Source: Eledone cirrhosa (taxonomy: Eukaryota). Taken from it: DNA of 64,000 nt. Shown here one piece after another: positions 35,838 through 49,897 of the stretch (positions are counted from its first letter, which is position 1; each line of letters starts with the position of its first letter). The DNA lies in contig OZ024742.1 of NCBI GenBank assembly GCA_964016885.1, positions 288,982,001 to 289,046,000 on the forward strand, in the 5' to 3' direction. Below the pieces are notes generated by a model. The model searched no databases. It was not told the DNA's origin and saw only the letters and a program-made list of their open reading frames with translations. The translations under genes and the position numbers were made by a program.

Positions 35838-36809
35838 ACAGAATCAGTAGAGGAGCTAGAGAATAAATTCTGGCTCTGGAAACAACAGTTGGAATCAAGA
35901 GGACTGAGAGTGTACCTAGGTAAGACAAAAGTGTTGATAAGTAGAAAAGAAGGCAAAACTCTGATTCCATTGGGGAAATGGTCATGCTCGATATGTAGAA
36001 AAGGAGCTGGCATAAACTCTATAAAATGTACACAATGCCGATCTTGGGTACACAAGAGATGTAGTGGGATAGTAGGCAGACTAACAGGTAGGGAAACTAC
36101 GTATGCAGTAGATGTACAGGGAAATTTGACAGTAGAAGTCGCAGTGATAGACACATTTTTCAAATGCAGGTGGGTTCTATAGAAGAGGTTGATAGCTTCC
36201 AGTACCTAGGTTATCAGAATAGCATGGGAGGGGGGTTTTCCGAGGCCATAGTATCTAGAATAAGGACGGGCTGGAAGAAGTTTAGGGAGCTGCCTCCTCT
36301 GTTGATAAAGAAGGGTCTCTCCCTGTGTATGAAAAGCCAGTTATATGATGCCTGTGTGAGATGCGCGATGCTGCATGGTAGTGACACATGGGCAGCAACT
36401 GCAGAGGATATGTGATAATTGGAGAGAAATGAAGCAAGCATGCTCTATTGGATGTGCAGTGTCAATGTGTGTGAATGATCAAGCATAGATGAGTTGAGAG
36501 AGAAACTGTGTATAAGAGGGATAAGTTGTAGTGTGCGAGAGAGAAGACTGCTATGGTATGGACTTGTGATGCGCTGGAGGATGACCACTGGGTAAAGAAA
36601 TGCAAAGAAATCCCAGTAGAAGGAAGACGCAGTAGAGGAAGACCACAAAAAACACGAGCAGAGGTGGTGAGAGCAGACCTCAGATAGCTGAAGCTCACGG
36701 AGGAAATGACGAAGGGCCGTGACAAGTGGAGAGATGCTGTGTTGAATAGGACCCGTCCCACTCTTGCAAGCAGGGAAAAGCAGACGTAAAATGTTGATGA
36801 TGATGATGA
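35838..36809 (+). mobile_element. Degenerate RTE LINE with the PHD-type finger
   Basis: KTKVL..GKWSCSIC..CTQC.SWVHKRC, FQYLG, MLHGSDTW and GRP motifs; short 3' UTR, GAT tail, 5' end in (TA)n. Confidence 0.88.
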
Positions 36810-36811
36810 CA

Positions 36812-36888
36812 CAGGGTGTCCCCCAAAATATATACACACTTCAACAGCATTATAATAAATATGTGTATACATTTTTTGGGACACCCTG
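36812..36888. mobile_element. 77-bp Tc1/mariner-type MITE
   Basis: TIRs CAGGGTGTCCC(CC)AAAA / TTTTGGGACACCCTG; TA on the right flank and CA on the left. Confidence 0.75.
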
Positions 36889-38224
36889 TATATATACATG
36901 TACACCCACATGTACATGCACACACATACACATACATAAATACATACATACATATAATAAATGACAGCAGAAAAAAGTGGTCTTTTGGGTTGAATAAAAG
37001 TAAATGGATTTGAAAGATGCATTATTTATTTGTTTGGTATTATCAACTGACTGATGTCATTGGACTCTCATTTAATGATTTCTGCTGTGTTAAGTATTAT
37101 AAATTTATGTGTCAGCAAGAGCAGAAATGGAGATTTCATTGCCTCCAGCTATCACATAATCATCATCATCATCATCATCATTTTATATCTGCTTTTCACA
37201 TTGGCATGGGTTGGAGGGGGTTCATAATCTGAGATCTGATTGGTCAGAGTGACCCAGCTTTCTCATTAGATTCCATATTTAGCATGGTTTCTAGGACTGG
37301 ATGCTTTCATAATGCCAACCACCTTTCTTAATGCAAACCTAGGTGCATTTTATCATGGCACCAGCACAAGAGAGGTTGTCAGATGCTTGACCAGACTGAG
37401 GTGTTCTCTCAAACCCTATATTGTCTCTGTTTGGTTGCCAAACACTCTACCCTCTGATCTCCCTCTATGTTTACTTTCAATGTTACTGTGTTTGTACTGG
37501 TGGATGGGTCTTTCATATTATTGTATATCACCAGTCAGATCAACTGTTGTGGCTTAGCTGCCAACAGACAAAAAATCCACTGAAAGAGTGTTTAGGTGGA
37601 CTAATGTATTTAGTTGACTATCTTAAGATTTAAAAAAACCCCATTACACTAGACATAAAATTACAATTTCTATTGAAATATTGTAGTTTCAATTGATTTA
37701 AGATTTAGATCCATCCACCAGTACCAGCACAATGATGCTGAAAGTAAACAGGGGGGTAGACAAAAGGCTACAGTGTTTGGCAATCAAATGGAGATGCTTC
37801 AATTTGGCCCAGCATGTGACAGCCTCTTTAGTGTTGGTGCCATGATAAAATACATCCTGTAAAGTGTTAGTGTTGCTACTACAATAAAATGCACCCAATA
37901 CACTGTAAAGTGTAAAGTGTTAATGTTAGTGTCACAATAAAATGTACCCTGACCATTCTCTGAAGTGGTAATGTTGGTGACATGAAAAATGCACCCAGTT
38001 TATACCGCAAAGTAATATTGCTGGTGCTATTGGAAATATGCTCAGTACACTCTGTAAGATGGTTGGCGTTAGGAAGGGTATTCATCTGTGGAAACTATGT
38101 AAGTCACTCCTACCCATCTGGTCTTGGACCATGATAACCAATCCAACCCATCTCAGCTATAACATGTAGATATGTTTTACTATACCACACCATACTATCA
38201 CTATAATATGAAAATATAAATAAT

Positions 38225-38455
38225 ATGACAATGAAAATTACAGTGCTCAGGTGCACTACAACTCATCAAAGGTGCAAGTATAGTACATAGAATAATGTAC
38301 AAATGTTAGGAAAGTGAACAATGTATGAGTCATGATATACACACAAATACATGCATGCATGTGTATAGAAGGGGAATATCAGGTATAGTGTTGGCAAATT
38401 TCGAGAAGCTTGGAAGTTTTGAAGGATGCAGTATCCCAACAGTTTCACAGTACTC
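38225..38455 (-). mobile_element. CR1 3'-end fragment
   Basis: Matches 26720-26935 (CAGTGCTCAGGTGCACTACAACTCATCAAA). Confidence 0.85.
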
Positions 38456-39244
38456 ACAATGCCACCTTAGACAAGTATTTTTATCATAACCTTGGGGTTG
38501 TGAGTGAAATTAACTAGATAAAAATTATTTGGCAGCCTGTCAGATGGACCGCACTTGTGATTCAAAAGGACAGCCTTGTTACTCTCAGTGTCACATTGAC
38601 CCTCTGATAATTAAGTTAACTTAGTGACATGCTGAATCTCCATAAGAATTATATTAAAAGCACACTATAATACAAGATAAACTGTACCTGTAATTCAAAG
38701 GGACAGTTTTGTCACACACTGTGTCACATTGATCCTTTGATAATTATGTTAAGGGGGTACATGTCTTGAGAATACTCAGCTATTTTTCCATTAATTCATG
38801 GGTAGACTATCCTGTTGACTGAAGAAGTAGAACACTCATCGTTGTGACTGACAGAGATCCATTCCAGTATTAAGTAAATGATACACAAGAGGGTATTAAA
38901 TACTGCTAAGTTGCCAGTAGTTTATTTAAAAAGTGATAATACTTAGCCGTGAACTCTTGATGTAGTTATAGGGGTTAGGTTGTGAGACAGCTTGTCTTAG
39001 GCATTTTAAACATGGTGGAGTCTATCCCTCTCTAGGTCTGAACACAACCAGAGAGAGAGAGAGAGGATCAACTCCAGACTTGACTGGTACTTTATTTATC
39101 AACTTCAAAAAGATGAAAGGCAAAGATGGAGTCAAGAGATGAAACAAATACAGCAAAGCATTCCATCTGTTGTTCTTCCAATTTGTAACCTATAAGTGAT
39201 ACACTACACTATGTTAAATACTGTCAACCTCTCAGTAGTCTATA

Positions 39245-39665
39245 TAATATGTAACACACTATATTACACTACACACTACATTACACACTACTATGTATTT
39301 AATGTGTAACACACTGCACTACACTACACATTGCTGTGTATTTAGGGTGTAACACCCTACATTACATTATACACTACTGCATATTTAATGTGTAACACAC
39401 TACATTACACTACACACTGCTCTATATCTAATGTGTAACACACTACACATTGCTGTGTATTTAATGTGTAACACACTACATTACACTACACACTGCTGTA
39501 TATCTAATGTGTAACACACTACATTACACTACACACTGCTGTATATCTAATGTGTAACACACTACATTACACTACATATTGCTGTGTATTTAATGTGTAA
39601 CACACTACACTACACACTGCTATATATTTAATATGTAACACACTACTCTACACTACACCATTGTA
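39245..39665. repeat. About 43-bp minisatellite, unit GTAACACACTACATTACACTACACACTGCTGTATATCTAATGT
   Basis: About 10 copies; degenerate copies resume at 40005-40200 after a SINE/LINE insertion. Confidence 0.88.
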
Positions 39666-39844
39666 TGTATGTATAGTCCTGTAGCTCCTGATAGAGTTGT
39701 AGGGGCTCCGTATTAACATACAGCATTTCTTCAGCATTTCAAGCCTGGCAGAGTCCATCCCTCTCCAGGCCTGAGTATAGTATATTTCTTCCAAAGAAAG
39801 ATAGAAAGTGAGAGAGAGGAAATGAGACAAAGATATTGAAGAAT

Positions 39845-40000
39845 AATCAACCCAGTACTAGACTGGTACTTTTTTTTATCAAGCTCAAAAGGATGAAAGG
39901 CAAAGTTGACCTCAGCAGGATTTGAACTCAGAGAGCAAAGAACCAGAATAAATACCATAAAGCATTCTATCTGACATTCTAACGACTTTGCCAATTCGCT
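39845..40000 (-). mobile_element. tRNA-derived SINE
   Basis: GGATGAAAGGCAAAGTTGACCTC..GGATTTGAACTC on the plus strand. Confidence 0.8.
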
Positions 40001-40212
40001 GTCTATACACTATTGTATACACTACTGTATATTTCATATGTAACACACTACTCTATTGCATACACTGCTTTATATTTCATGTGTAATACACTACGCTTCA
40101 TTACACAACTGTATATGTCATATGTAACACACTACACTAAACACTGCCAAGTCTTCAAAAGTATATTTAATATGAATTACACAAAATACTAACACCTCAG
40201 TAATATATCTAA

Positions 40213-41063
40213 CTAGCAGAATGGCCCGGCATTGCTCGGGATTTGCTCTAGGGTTCTTATATATTTGATATATATTTATCCTTTCGAGCCTCGTGAAATA
40301 AATACGTTTGTTTATATTTTGTTATTGTGTATGCAAAAATATCTGTCCATGAATATATAATTATATATATATATATATATTAAAATAACAGATTAAAGTT
40401 TAAGCAAAGAATCACTGCTTTCACACTTAACGGGATCTTCTGAAACTAAAAAAAATCAATCTGAGAACGCAGAAAATGAATCGCTGCTTTCACCTTTAAC
40501 GGGATATTCTACCTAAAAGCAGTATGAAGTACACTAAGACTAACTGATGTAATCTTTGGCCTTGTTTGTTTATATTTTGTTTTTGTGTATGCAAAAATAT
40601 CTGTACACGAATATCTATATTAAAATAACATATTAATGTTTAAGCAAAGAATCGCTGCTTTCAACCTTAACGGGATCTTCTGAAACTAAAAAAATCAATC
40701 TGGAAAACAGGAAGACGATACTTTGGTTCGTGAAGACGTTCCCTGGCATAAGAATATATATACACACACACACTGATCGCGTCATAATGACGTAATGCAG
40801 ACAGTCAGGCATACAGACAGATATTATGAAGGCGCGACGTCATATCTATGTATCTATCTAAAAAGAGAAAGACTAAGAGAAAGAGAAAGAGATCGTTAAA
40901 TCGCCTAATGCGGTCCCTAGGGCATTGAAAATTTGAATTTGTTTTTGCTCAGAACACTCAATAGGACCATAAGTATTACATGTGTAAAGTTTGAAAAAAA
41001 ACGGTTGGGTACTTCTCGAGTTTTAGGGAAACAGACACACAGACAGACATCCTCTGTTTATGA
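40213..41063 (-). mobile_element. Non-autonomous Helitron
   Basis: Minus strand reads A|TCATAAACAGAGGATGTCTGTCTGT... and ends with hairpin CCCGAGCAATGCCGGG then CTAG|T. Internal duplication at about 40300-40700. Confidence 0.85.
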
Positions 41064-41961
41064 TATCATAATTCTAAACCTAAACATATTTTCATGACTC
41101 GGTGCCTTAATGAATCTAAATAATCGTATAAAAGTGCAACAGAAGACAGAAAATGAATGAACAATGAAAATTTACCATTATTCTCTGCCATTGTATTTTC
41201 TTCCTTGGGCATATCTATGCTAAAGTAGTTTATTTATCTTATTTTTTTTTACATCAGACGGCAGCCATTTTAGTTAATCTATCAGATGTTATTCTCTCCT
41301 ACTTATTTACAACAATCAATAGTTCTCTTGTATTCATCTGTTCTCACGCAATGCCATCTCCATTTAACTGGCAGACCAAGTTCCTTACCAATTCCTATTG
41401 TCAACACCTACACACATCAAATCACCTTCAGCCATCAGAATTCTTGTCAAAGAGAAAATTTCTCCGATTAAGTATTGTCATTTTCTGTTTCCTGTCATGT
41501 TTAATTGATGCCGGAGTTTCTCTGAACACAAAATTAACACATAAACAATATAAACCACATCAACACCATATAAACACCACATACACACATCACATAAACA
41601 CAACACATCACACATAAACACCACATAAACACACACACATGGGCACACATGCATACACAGATGCACATGCAGATTTGTGTATGTGTGTGCATGTGAATGT
41701 AAATATGTGTGTGTGTGCATGTAAGTATGTGTGTGTATTTGTTTTGTAATTTAGCAGTTTGACAAAAAACAGGAAGATAAAATAAGTAACAGACATGAAA
41801 AGTATAAGTACTAGGTCCAGACAGAGTAATTCCCCCAAATATCCACTCTCTAATAAATGAAACAAGTAAAAGAATAAGTACTAGGTCCAGACAGAGTAAT
41901 GCCCCAAAATCTCCACTCTCTAATGACTGAAACAAGTAAAAGAATAAAAGAATATATTTAA

Positions 41962-42223
41962 CCCATTAACATTTATATTATTCTATATTTACTATTGTAT
42001 TTTCACAGTAAGGGCTTTATTTCACATAATTATTTTACATAATATAAAATCTACAAAATTTTGATATTTATTTTGAGAACAATACCTGATAATAAATATG
42101 AGCAGCCAGTTATGGCCGATTTGAACAGAAAAAGGTGAGAGAATTCTGGCCAGATATGGCTGGTTTGAACAGAAGGAAGTGAGAGAAATGTGGGCAGATA
42201 TGGCCAGTTTAAACGCTAAAGGG
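41962..42223. mobile_element. piggyBac-type MITE
   Basis: TTAA|CCCATTAACATTT...AAACGCTAAAGGG|TTAA. Confidence 0.8.
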
Positions 42224-42749
42224 TTAAACCACCACCATCATTACCATCACCAACAGCCTTGCTATTTATTGATTAAACCATCTTTCAAACTTATTCTCTA
42301 TAAACTAGAGATATTTTCCCTGCTTTTTTTAAAAAATATTTTCTTGATGTTCTCTTGTGTTTTTTTTTGTGTTTTTTTTCTATTTTCCTAACATTTGACT
42401 CTCTTAAGATCACACCAACGATATTCAAATATTCTAAGATTTAGTGAATATCTATGGATTAAAACACTACATTAAAATGTATTCTTTTATTTAATGGATG
42501 CTAACTGAAAATATCTGAGGAATTTACTGTGAAAGTAACACGTGATAATGCAAACAATCAGTTAAACTGCTGCACAGATATTATGGAAAGATTTTAAAGA
42601 TTAGTTATTTGATGGCTGACATAAACAAAACTGATTTCCCACATAGAAATATAGAAATATACTTTAAATAAAATTCAATAAGAACCTTACATTAAAAAAG
42701 AAAAAAAAAGATTTACAAAAACAAAAGTAAAATAATATGGTAAATGTTT

Positions 42750-45700
42750 GTATGTTGTTGTTGTTAGGTATGGTTGTGTGGACTGATGTATGGTGTTGTT
42801 GTTGCTAGATATGATTGTGAGGACAGATGTATGGTGTTGTTGTTAGGTATGATTGTGAGGACAGATGTATGGTGTTGTTGTTGCTAGATATGATTGTGAG
42901 GACAGATGTATGGTGTTGTTGTTGCTAGATATGATTGTGAGGACAGATGTATGGTGTTGTTGTTGCTAGATATGATTGTGTGGACTGATGTATGGTGTTG
43001 TTGTTGTTAGGTATGGTTGTGTGGACTGATGTATGGTGTTGTTGTTGCTAGATATGATTGTGTGGACTGATGTATGGTGTTGTTGTTGCTAGATATGATT
43101 GTGTGGACAGATGTATGGTGTTGTTGTTGTTAGGTATGGTTGTGTGGACTGATGTATGGTGTTGTTGTTGCTAGATATGATTGTGAGGACTGATGTATGG
43201 TGTTGTTGTTGCTAGATATGATTGTGAGGACAGATGTATGGTGTTGTTGTTGCTAGATATGATTGTGAGGACAGATGTATGGTGTTGTTGTTGTTAGGTA
43301 TGGTTGTGTGGACTGATGTATGGTGTTGTTGTTGCTAGATATGATTGTGAGGACAGATGTATGGTGTTGTTGTTGTTAGGTATGGTTGTGTGGACTGATG
43401 TATGGTGTTGTTGTTGCTAGATATGATTGTGTGAACTGATGTATGGTGTTGTTGTTGTTAGGTATGGTTGTGTGGACTGATGTATGGTGTTGTTGTTGTT
43501 AGATATGATTGTGAGGACAGATGTATGGTGTTGTTGTTGCTAGATATGATTGTGAGGACAGATGTATGGTGTTGTTGTTGCTAGATATGATTGTGAGGAC
43601 AGATGTATGGTGTTGTTGTTGTTAGGTATGGTTGTGTGGACTGATGTATGGTGTTGTTGTTGTTAGGTATGGTTGTGTGGACTGATGTATGGTGTTGTTG
43701 TTGTTAGATATGATTGTGAGGACAGATGTATGGTGTTGTTGTTGTTAGGTATGGTTGTGTGGACTGATGTATGGTGTTGTTGTTGCTAGATATGATTGTG
43801 TGGACTGATGTATGGTGTTGTTGTTGCTAGATATGATTGTGTGGACTGATGTATGGTGTTGTTGTTAGGTATGATTGTGTGGACTGATGTATGGTGTTGT
43901 TGTTGCTAGATATGATTGTGTGGACAGATGTATGGTGTTGTTGTTGCTAGATATGATTGTGTGGACTGATGTATGGTGTTGTTGTTGCTAGATATGATTG
44001 TGAGGACTGATGTATGGTGTTGTTGTTGCTAGATATGATTGTGAGGACAGATGTATGGTGTTGTTGTTGCTAGATATGATTGTGAGGACAGATGTATGGT
44101 GTTGTTGTTGTTAGGTATGGTTGTGTGGACTGATGTATGGTGTTGTTGTTGCTAGATATGATTGTGTGGACTGATGTATGGTGTTGTTGTTGCTAGATAT
44201 GATTGTGTGGACTGATGTATGGTGTTGTTGTTGTTAGGTATGGTTGTGAGGACAGATGTATGGTGTTGTTGTTGCTAGATATGATTGTGAGGACAGATGT
44301 ATGGTGTTGTTGTTGCTAGATATGATTGTGAGGACTGATGTATGGTGTTGTTGTTGTTAGGTATGGTTGTGTGGACTGATGTATGGTGTTGTTGTTGCTA
44401 GATATGATTGTGAGGACTGATGTATGGTGTTGTTGTTGCTAGATATGATTGTGAGGACAGATGTATGGTGTTGTTGTTAGGTATGGTTGTGTGGACTGAT
44501 GTATGGTGTTGTTGTTGCTAGATATGATTGTGAGGACTGATGTATGGTGGTGTTGTTGTTAGGTATGGTTGTGTGGACTGATGTATGGTGTTGTTGTTGA
44601 TGTTGTTAGATATGGTTGTAAGGACATGTATGTATGTATACTGTTGTTGTTGTTAGATACTGTTGTGAGGATAGATGTATGTTGTTGTTGTTGTTAGATA
44701 CTGTTGTGAGGACAGATGTATGGTGTTGTTGTTGCTAGATATGATTGTGAGGACTGATGTATGGTGTTGTTGTTGCTAGATATGATTGTGAGGACAGATG
44801 TATGGTGTTGTTGTTGCTAGATATGATTGTGAGGACAGATGTATGGTGTTGTTGTTGTTAGGTATGGTTGTGTGGACTGATGTATGGTGTTGTTGTTGCT
44901 AGATATGATTGTGTGGACTGATGTATGGTGTTGTTGTTGCTAGATATGATTGTGTGGACTGATGTATGGTGTTGTTGTTGTTAGGTATGGTTGTGAGGAC
45001 AGATGTATGGTGTTGTTGTTGCTAGATATGATTGTGAGGACAGATGTATGGTGTTGTTGTTGCTAGATATGATTGTGTGGACTGATGTATGGTGTTGTTG
45101 TTGCTAGATATGATTGTGAGGACTGATGTATGGTGTTGTTGTTGTTAGGTATGGTTGTGTGGACTGATGTATGGTGTTGTTGTTGCTAGATATGATTGTG
45201 AGGACTGATGTATGGTGTTGTTGTTGCTAGATATGATTGTGAGGACAGATGTATGGTGTTGTTGTTAGGTATGGTTGTGTGGACTGATGTATGGTGTTGT
45301 TGTTGCTAGATATGATTGTGAGGACTGATGTATGGTGGTGTTGTTGTTAGGTATGGTTGTGTGGACTGATGTATGGTGTTGTTGTTGATGTTGTTAGATA
45401 TGGTTGTAAGGACATGTATGTATGTATACTGTTGTTGTTGTTAGATACTGTTGTGAGGATAGATGTATGTTGTTGTTGTTGTTAGATACTGTTGTGAGGA
45501 CAGATGTATGGTGTTGTTGTTAGATACTGTTGTGAGGACAGATGTATGTTGTTGTTGTTAGATACTGTTGTGAGGACAGATGTATGTTGTTGTTGTTAGA
45601 TACTGTTGTGAGGACAGATGTATGGTGTTGTTCGTGTTGCTGTTGTTGTTGTTAGATACTGTTGTGAGGACAGATGTATGCTGCTGTTGTTGTTGTTGTT

Positions 45701-46020
45701 AGATGTGGTTGTGAGGACAGATGTATGATGGTGTTATTGTGTGGACTGATGTATGTTGTATGTTGTTGTTAGATATGGTTGTGTAGAATGATGTATGGTA
45801 TTGTTGTTGTTGTTGTTTTTGTTGTTAGATATGGTTGTGAGGACTGGTGTATGTTGTTGTTGTTGTATTGAGAACTTGTGTATGGTGTTGTTGTTGTGAG
45901 AACTGGTATATGGTGTTGTTGTGTGGACTGATATATGGTGTTGTTCTTGTGAGAACTGGTGTATGTTGTTGTTGTGTGGACTGATATATGGTGTTGTTGT
46001 TGTGTTGTGAGGACTGATGT
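42750..46020. repeat. 41-bp minisatellite, unit GATGTATGGTGTTGTTGTTGCTAGATATGATTGTGAGGACA
   Basis: Dozens of tandem copies in two main variants, degenerating toward 46020. Confidence 0.97.
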
Positions 46021-46149
46021 ATTTGTGTATGCTAGCATGGGAAATGGATGTTAAACGATGATGATGTATGTATGCATGTATGTATGTACCTATGTAGGTA
46101 TGTACCTATGTATGTATGTTGTTAAAATAGGAATATTAGTGAGAGATTT

Positions 46150-46376
46150 AATGGTGATGATGATGATGGTGATGATGATGGCGATGTTTAAAATGATGAC
46201 TGGTTTTGGTGTTGATAATGCTGATGATTACAATTATGAAACCGAGAAAAAGGACAAAGAGAATGTCTTACATGATGAGAGTGGTGTTGGTGATGACGAT
46301 GATGGTGATGACAATGATGATGATGATGACGATGCTGATGATGACGATGATGGTGATGATAATGATGGTGATGATA
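46150..46376. repeat. Degenerate (GAT)n
   Basis: Directly visible; it produces the poly-Asp and poly-Met ORFs. Confidence 0.85.
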
Positions 46377-46759
46377 AAGTCTTCAGTAGAAATAACATTG
46401 AAAATGAGACTTAGATGGCAAAAGAAAATTCATTATTCTAAACTATGAATACATAATTTAATTTCATTAAATATGCCATTGCATGAATGTCTTCTTAAAG
46501 TATAAATTGTGTTTCTTTTGTGAGAAAATGTTAGCTGGTCGCTAACAAAATGACATGAAGCATTTTATGAAGTTTAATGTGAAGTATTGTAATTTATATA
46601 TGCAAACACATGTATGTGTCTCTCCCTCTGCTGTTACTTTGGCAGCTGATAGCGATCGGAATATCTCAAACACTATTGTTAAGCAACCATTTGTATTAGC
46701 TTGGAGATATCTTTGTATTTTTTTGAAAACTTTGTTATCAATTAGATAATGACTGATTA

Positions 46760-47390
46760 TTTAAGGAGTTTGTTTTGCAATCATAAGGTCTCAGGTTTGA
46801 TCTCATGGCATGCCCTCTTGGGCAAGTGTCTTTACTATATCCTTTGGTCAATCAAAGTCATATGAGTGAAATTGTGTAGATAGATTCAGCTATTCTGTGG
46901 AACACTCAGCCATTTACACCATAATACAACATGGACTGTTCCTGTAATTCTAAGGTTCAGCTTTGTCACTGACTGTGTCACTGATTTAGTTTAAGGATAC
47001 ACGTGTCTATGGAATACTCCCACTATAATATGTGTCACACTGTAGTTGTAATTTAAAGGGCCAGTCTAATAACATATTGTATCATACTGAATCTCCCTGA
47101 GAATTATGTCAAGGGTTCATGTGGAATACTCAGCCACATACACTATAATAGTAGATGGACTGTACCTGTAATTCAAAGCAGCAGCCTTGAAACACACTGT
47201 GCCACACTGAATCTTCCTGAGAATTTACATTAAGGGTACAGGTGTCTGTGGAATACTCAGCCATTTATATTATAATACAAGATGGCCTATACCTGTAATT
47301 TAAAGGGCCATCTTTTTGACAGATCATGTCAAAATTCTCCCTGAGAATTATGTATGTGGAATACTCAACCACTAACACTATAATACTTCA
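46760..47390 (+). mobile_element. SINE with tandemly reiterated body segments
   Basis: Degenerate tRNA-like head, CTTGGGCAAGTGTCTT core, and repeated GTGGAATACTCAGCCA units. Confidence 0.6.
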
Positions 47391-47496
47391 TCATCTCCTC
47401 TGTGAGTCTCAGTGATTTGAGGTCAGCTCTCACAACCTACCTCTGCATAGGTCTTTCTGGGTCTACCTCTACTGCAACTTCCTTCCACTGGCATTT

Positions 47497-47584
<88 letters not shown>

Positions 47585-47590
<6 letters not shown>

Positions 47591-48395
47591 GTGAGTTTTT
47601 TTACAAAATGAAAAAAAAAACGAGGTGTCCTACACGAGTTATAGTATAAGGAAAAAGATGAAATCGAAAATGCAACTGGAGTCTTTTTTTTTAAAATATA
47701 TTTATCTGGTTCCTTTACCGGTTTTGCAGTGCTTGTGCTTTACAAAAGTAGAATTGAGATGGAGGGTTTGTGGTTTTTCTCACATCTGGTTGGTTTTTGA
47801 ATGTTACTTCTGTTTTATATGGAAAAAGGTGACTCGAAATGCTAGGTTTTTGGAGAAGTAATTTGGTTGGTTGGTGAATAAGTATAATAAATTTCGCACC
47901 AGTTCACATTACATTCTTATTATATTTGCCTTCAAAAAAGGAGAGGCTCAGGTTGTTTTTTCATATATGAGTGAAGTTTGGTTGGTTGATGCAGTCACAT
48001 GAATAAGCACATCAGCTTTCCCGCCAGTTTGTGTTTGAATTTTTTTTTACTTAAAAAAGTGGCTCACGAAGGCTTTTATTTATTTATTTTTTTTTCTATA
48101 AATGTAATTTGATTGGTTATAAATGAAATTATGACTGTCACGTGAACAAGTACATTAAATTTTGCGCCCGTATTTTGGAATTTTTTTGTAGCCATTTAGA
48201 GAATTTTGTGCCAAACAAAAGATAATGGTCAAGAAAAAGGGATGGAGAGAGTTGTTCTGAGTGTGACTGATGTGCTGAAATGTAATTTGATTGGTTATAA
48301 ATAAAATTATGACTGTCACGTGAACAAGTACATTAAATTTCGCACCCATATTTGGGAATTTCTTTTGTAGCCTTTTAGAGAATTCTATGTCAATA
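47585..48395. mobile_element. Longer copy of the repeat that is folded back at 927-1230, with a 178-bp-offset internal duplication
   Basis: GAGGTGTCCTACACGAG...GATGAAATCGAAAATGCAACTGGAGTCTT is shared. Begins at (TA)n. Duplication at 48101 and 48279. Confidence 0.7.
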
Positions 48396-49040
48396 TATTA
48401 TATGGGTGTATATAAAAGTATATACGATATGGTTATGTATAATAAACATGGAAGACTGTCATTATGAATATATCAAAAGCTGTGATCCTGTCAAAGTTAT
48501 CTCAACAGTCATGGTGAGAATACCAGAGCTATTTCTGGATTTTTATCTTATTTGCTTTCATATACACCCCAATGATAAAACATTCTATGTTAAAGTATTC
48601 CAGTTCTTTCATCAACAGAACAGTCTTCTTCTTCTTCTCTCCCTTATTCCTGAGGGTTGCGGGGGCAGAGTCCTCAAACACTGCTTCCAGTGGATCCTGT
48701 CAGAAGCAACTGTCTCCAATTGTCCAGCAGGATCCCCAAGTGAGACCAACCAAACTCATGGATGTTATCCAACCATCTTGCTCAGGGTCTATCACTGGGT
48801 CTCCTGCCAATTGGTTTTGACCATAAAATGTGTCCAGCAATTCTTTCCTGAGACATTCTAACCACATGCCCATAATATCAGAGCTGTGATCAGAGAATTA
48901 GCAGCTCTACCTGGAGTGTTTCTCTGATCTCCAAGCCATGCTTTCTATCGAGTAACATTAATCCAAAGACCAACAGAGCAGTGTGCTCATGAAATTAATG
49001 TGTAAGTAGTTGAGCATTCTACCAATACATGTAGACTTAA

Positions 49041-49261
49041 CTCTTTAGCATTTACATTACTTTATATTTACTATTGTATTTTCATGGTAAACACTTTATC
49101 TCATATAATTATCTCACATAATATCGAATCTAAGAGATTTTGATATTATTTATTTTGAGAACAATACTTTAACATAACCATGAGTAGCCAGTTATGAACA
49201 GTTGGAACAGAAAAAGTTGAGAGAATTCTGGCCAGATATGGCCAGTTTAAATGCTAAAGGG
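49041..49261. mobile_element. piggyBac-type MITE
   Basis: TTAA on both sides. Removing it restores GTAGACTTAATGTAATTC, which is seen uninterrupted at about 49376. Confidence 0.85.
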
Positions 49262-49515
49262 TTAATGTAATTCACAGAGAGATTTGGTGTGACAGAGATT
49301 GTGACAAGGTAGAAGCTCTGAAGTACAGTTCATCTTTTATTATGGTGTTAATGGTTGAGTATTCCAAAGATGCATGTAGACTTAATGTAATTCTCAAGGA
49401 ACTTCAGTTGGACACAGTATGTGACAAGGCTTAACTTTTGAATTACAAACACAGTCCATCCAATAGGCTTCCAAACAGTTTCTGTCTACCTAATTTCCCT
49501 TGAATCGACAAAAGT

Positions 49516-49705
49516 CAGTGCTGGATTTACCATTGCGCTTAGGTGTACTTCAGCATAAAGCCCCATTGGCCAGGCGGGACCCATCTTCCTGCAAAAAGAA
49601 CAGTTTTATGATGAATTTTTCAAATGTTTTTCAAGTGTCAAAACATTCAAAGGGCCCTCATAACTTAACTAGCACAGGGCCTCATTTGTCCTAAGTCCAG
49701 CACTG
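49516..49705. mobile_element. hAT-like MITE nested in a SINE
   Basis: TIRs CAGTGCTGGATTTA / TAAGTCCAGCACTG; the putative 8-bp TSD is degenerate (ACAAAAGT vs ACCCAACT). Confidence 0.65.
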
Positions 49706-49897
49706 ACCCAACTTTATAGAAAATAACACATGACCAAGATGGATTGAACCTGGGACCTTATGATTGCAAAGCAAGCTTCTTAACCATTCGAGCATGCTGC
49801 TCCCACAAGCTACAAATATATAATGTTGTTGTTTCTCTTGTTATCGTATAACAGAATGTTTAAAGTGAGATTAAACAGGTTATGTGTATAGTTGACG

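Noticed and set aside
42750-46020. CRISPR-like array
   Set aside because: Contiguous tandem units with no unique spacers and no cas genes, in a eukaryotic context.
46058-46448. Acidic poly-Asp and Met-rich ORFs
   Set aside because: Degenerate (GAT)n repeat with no supporting gene structure.
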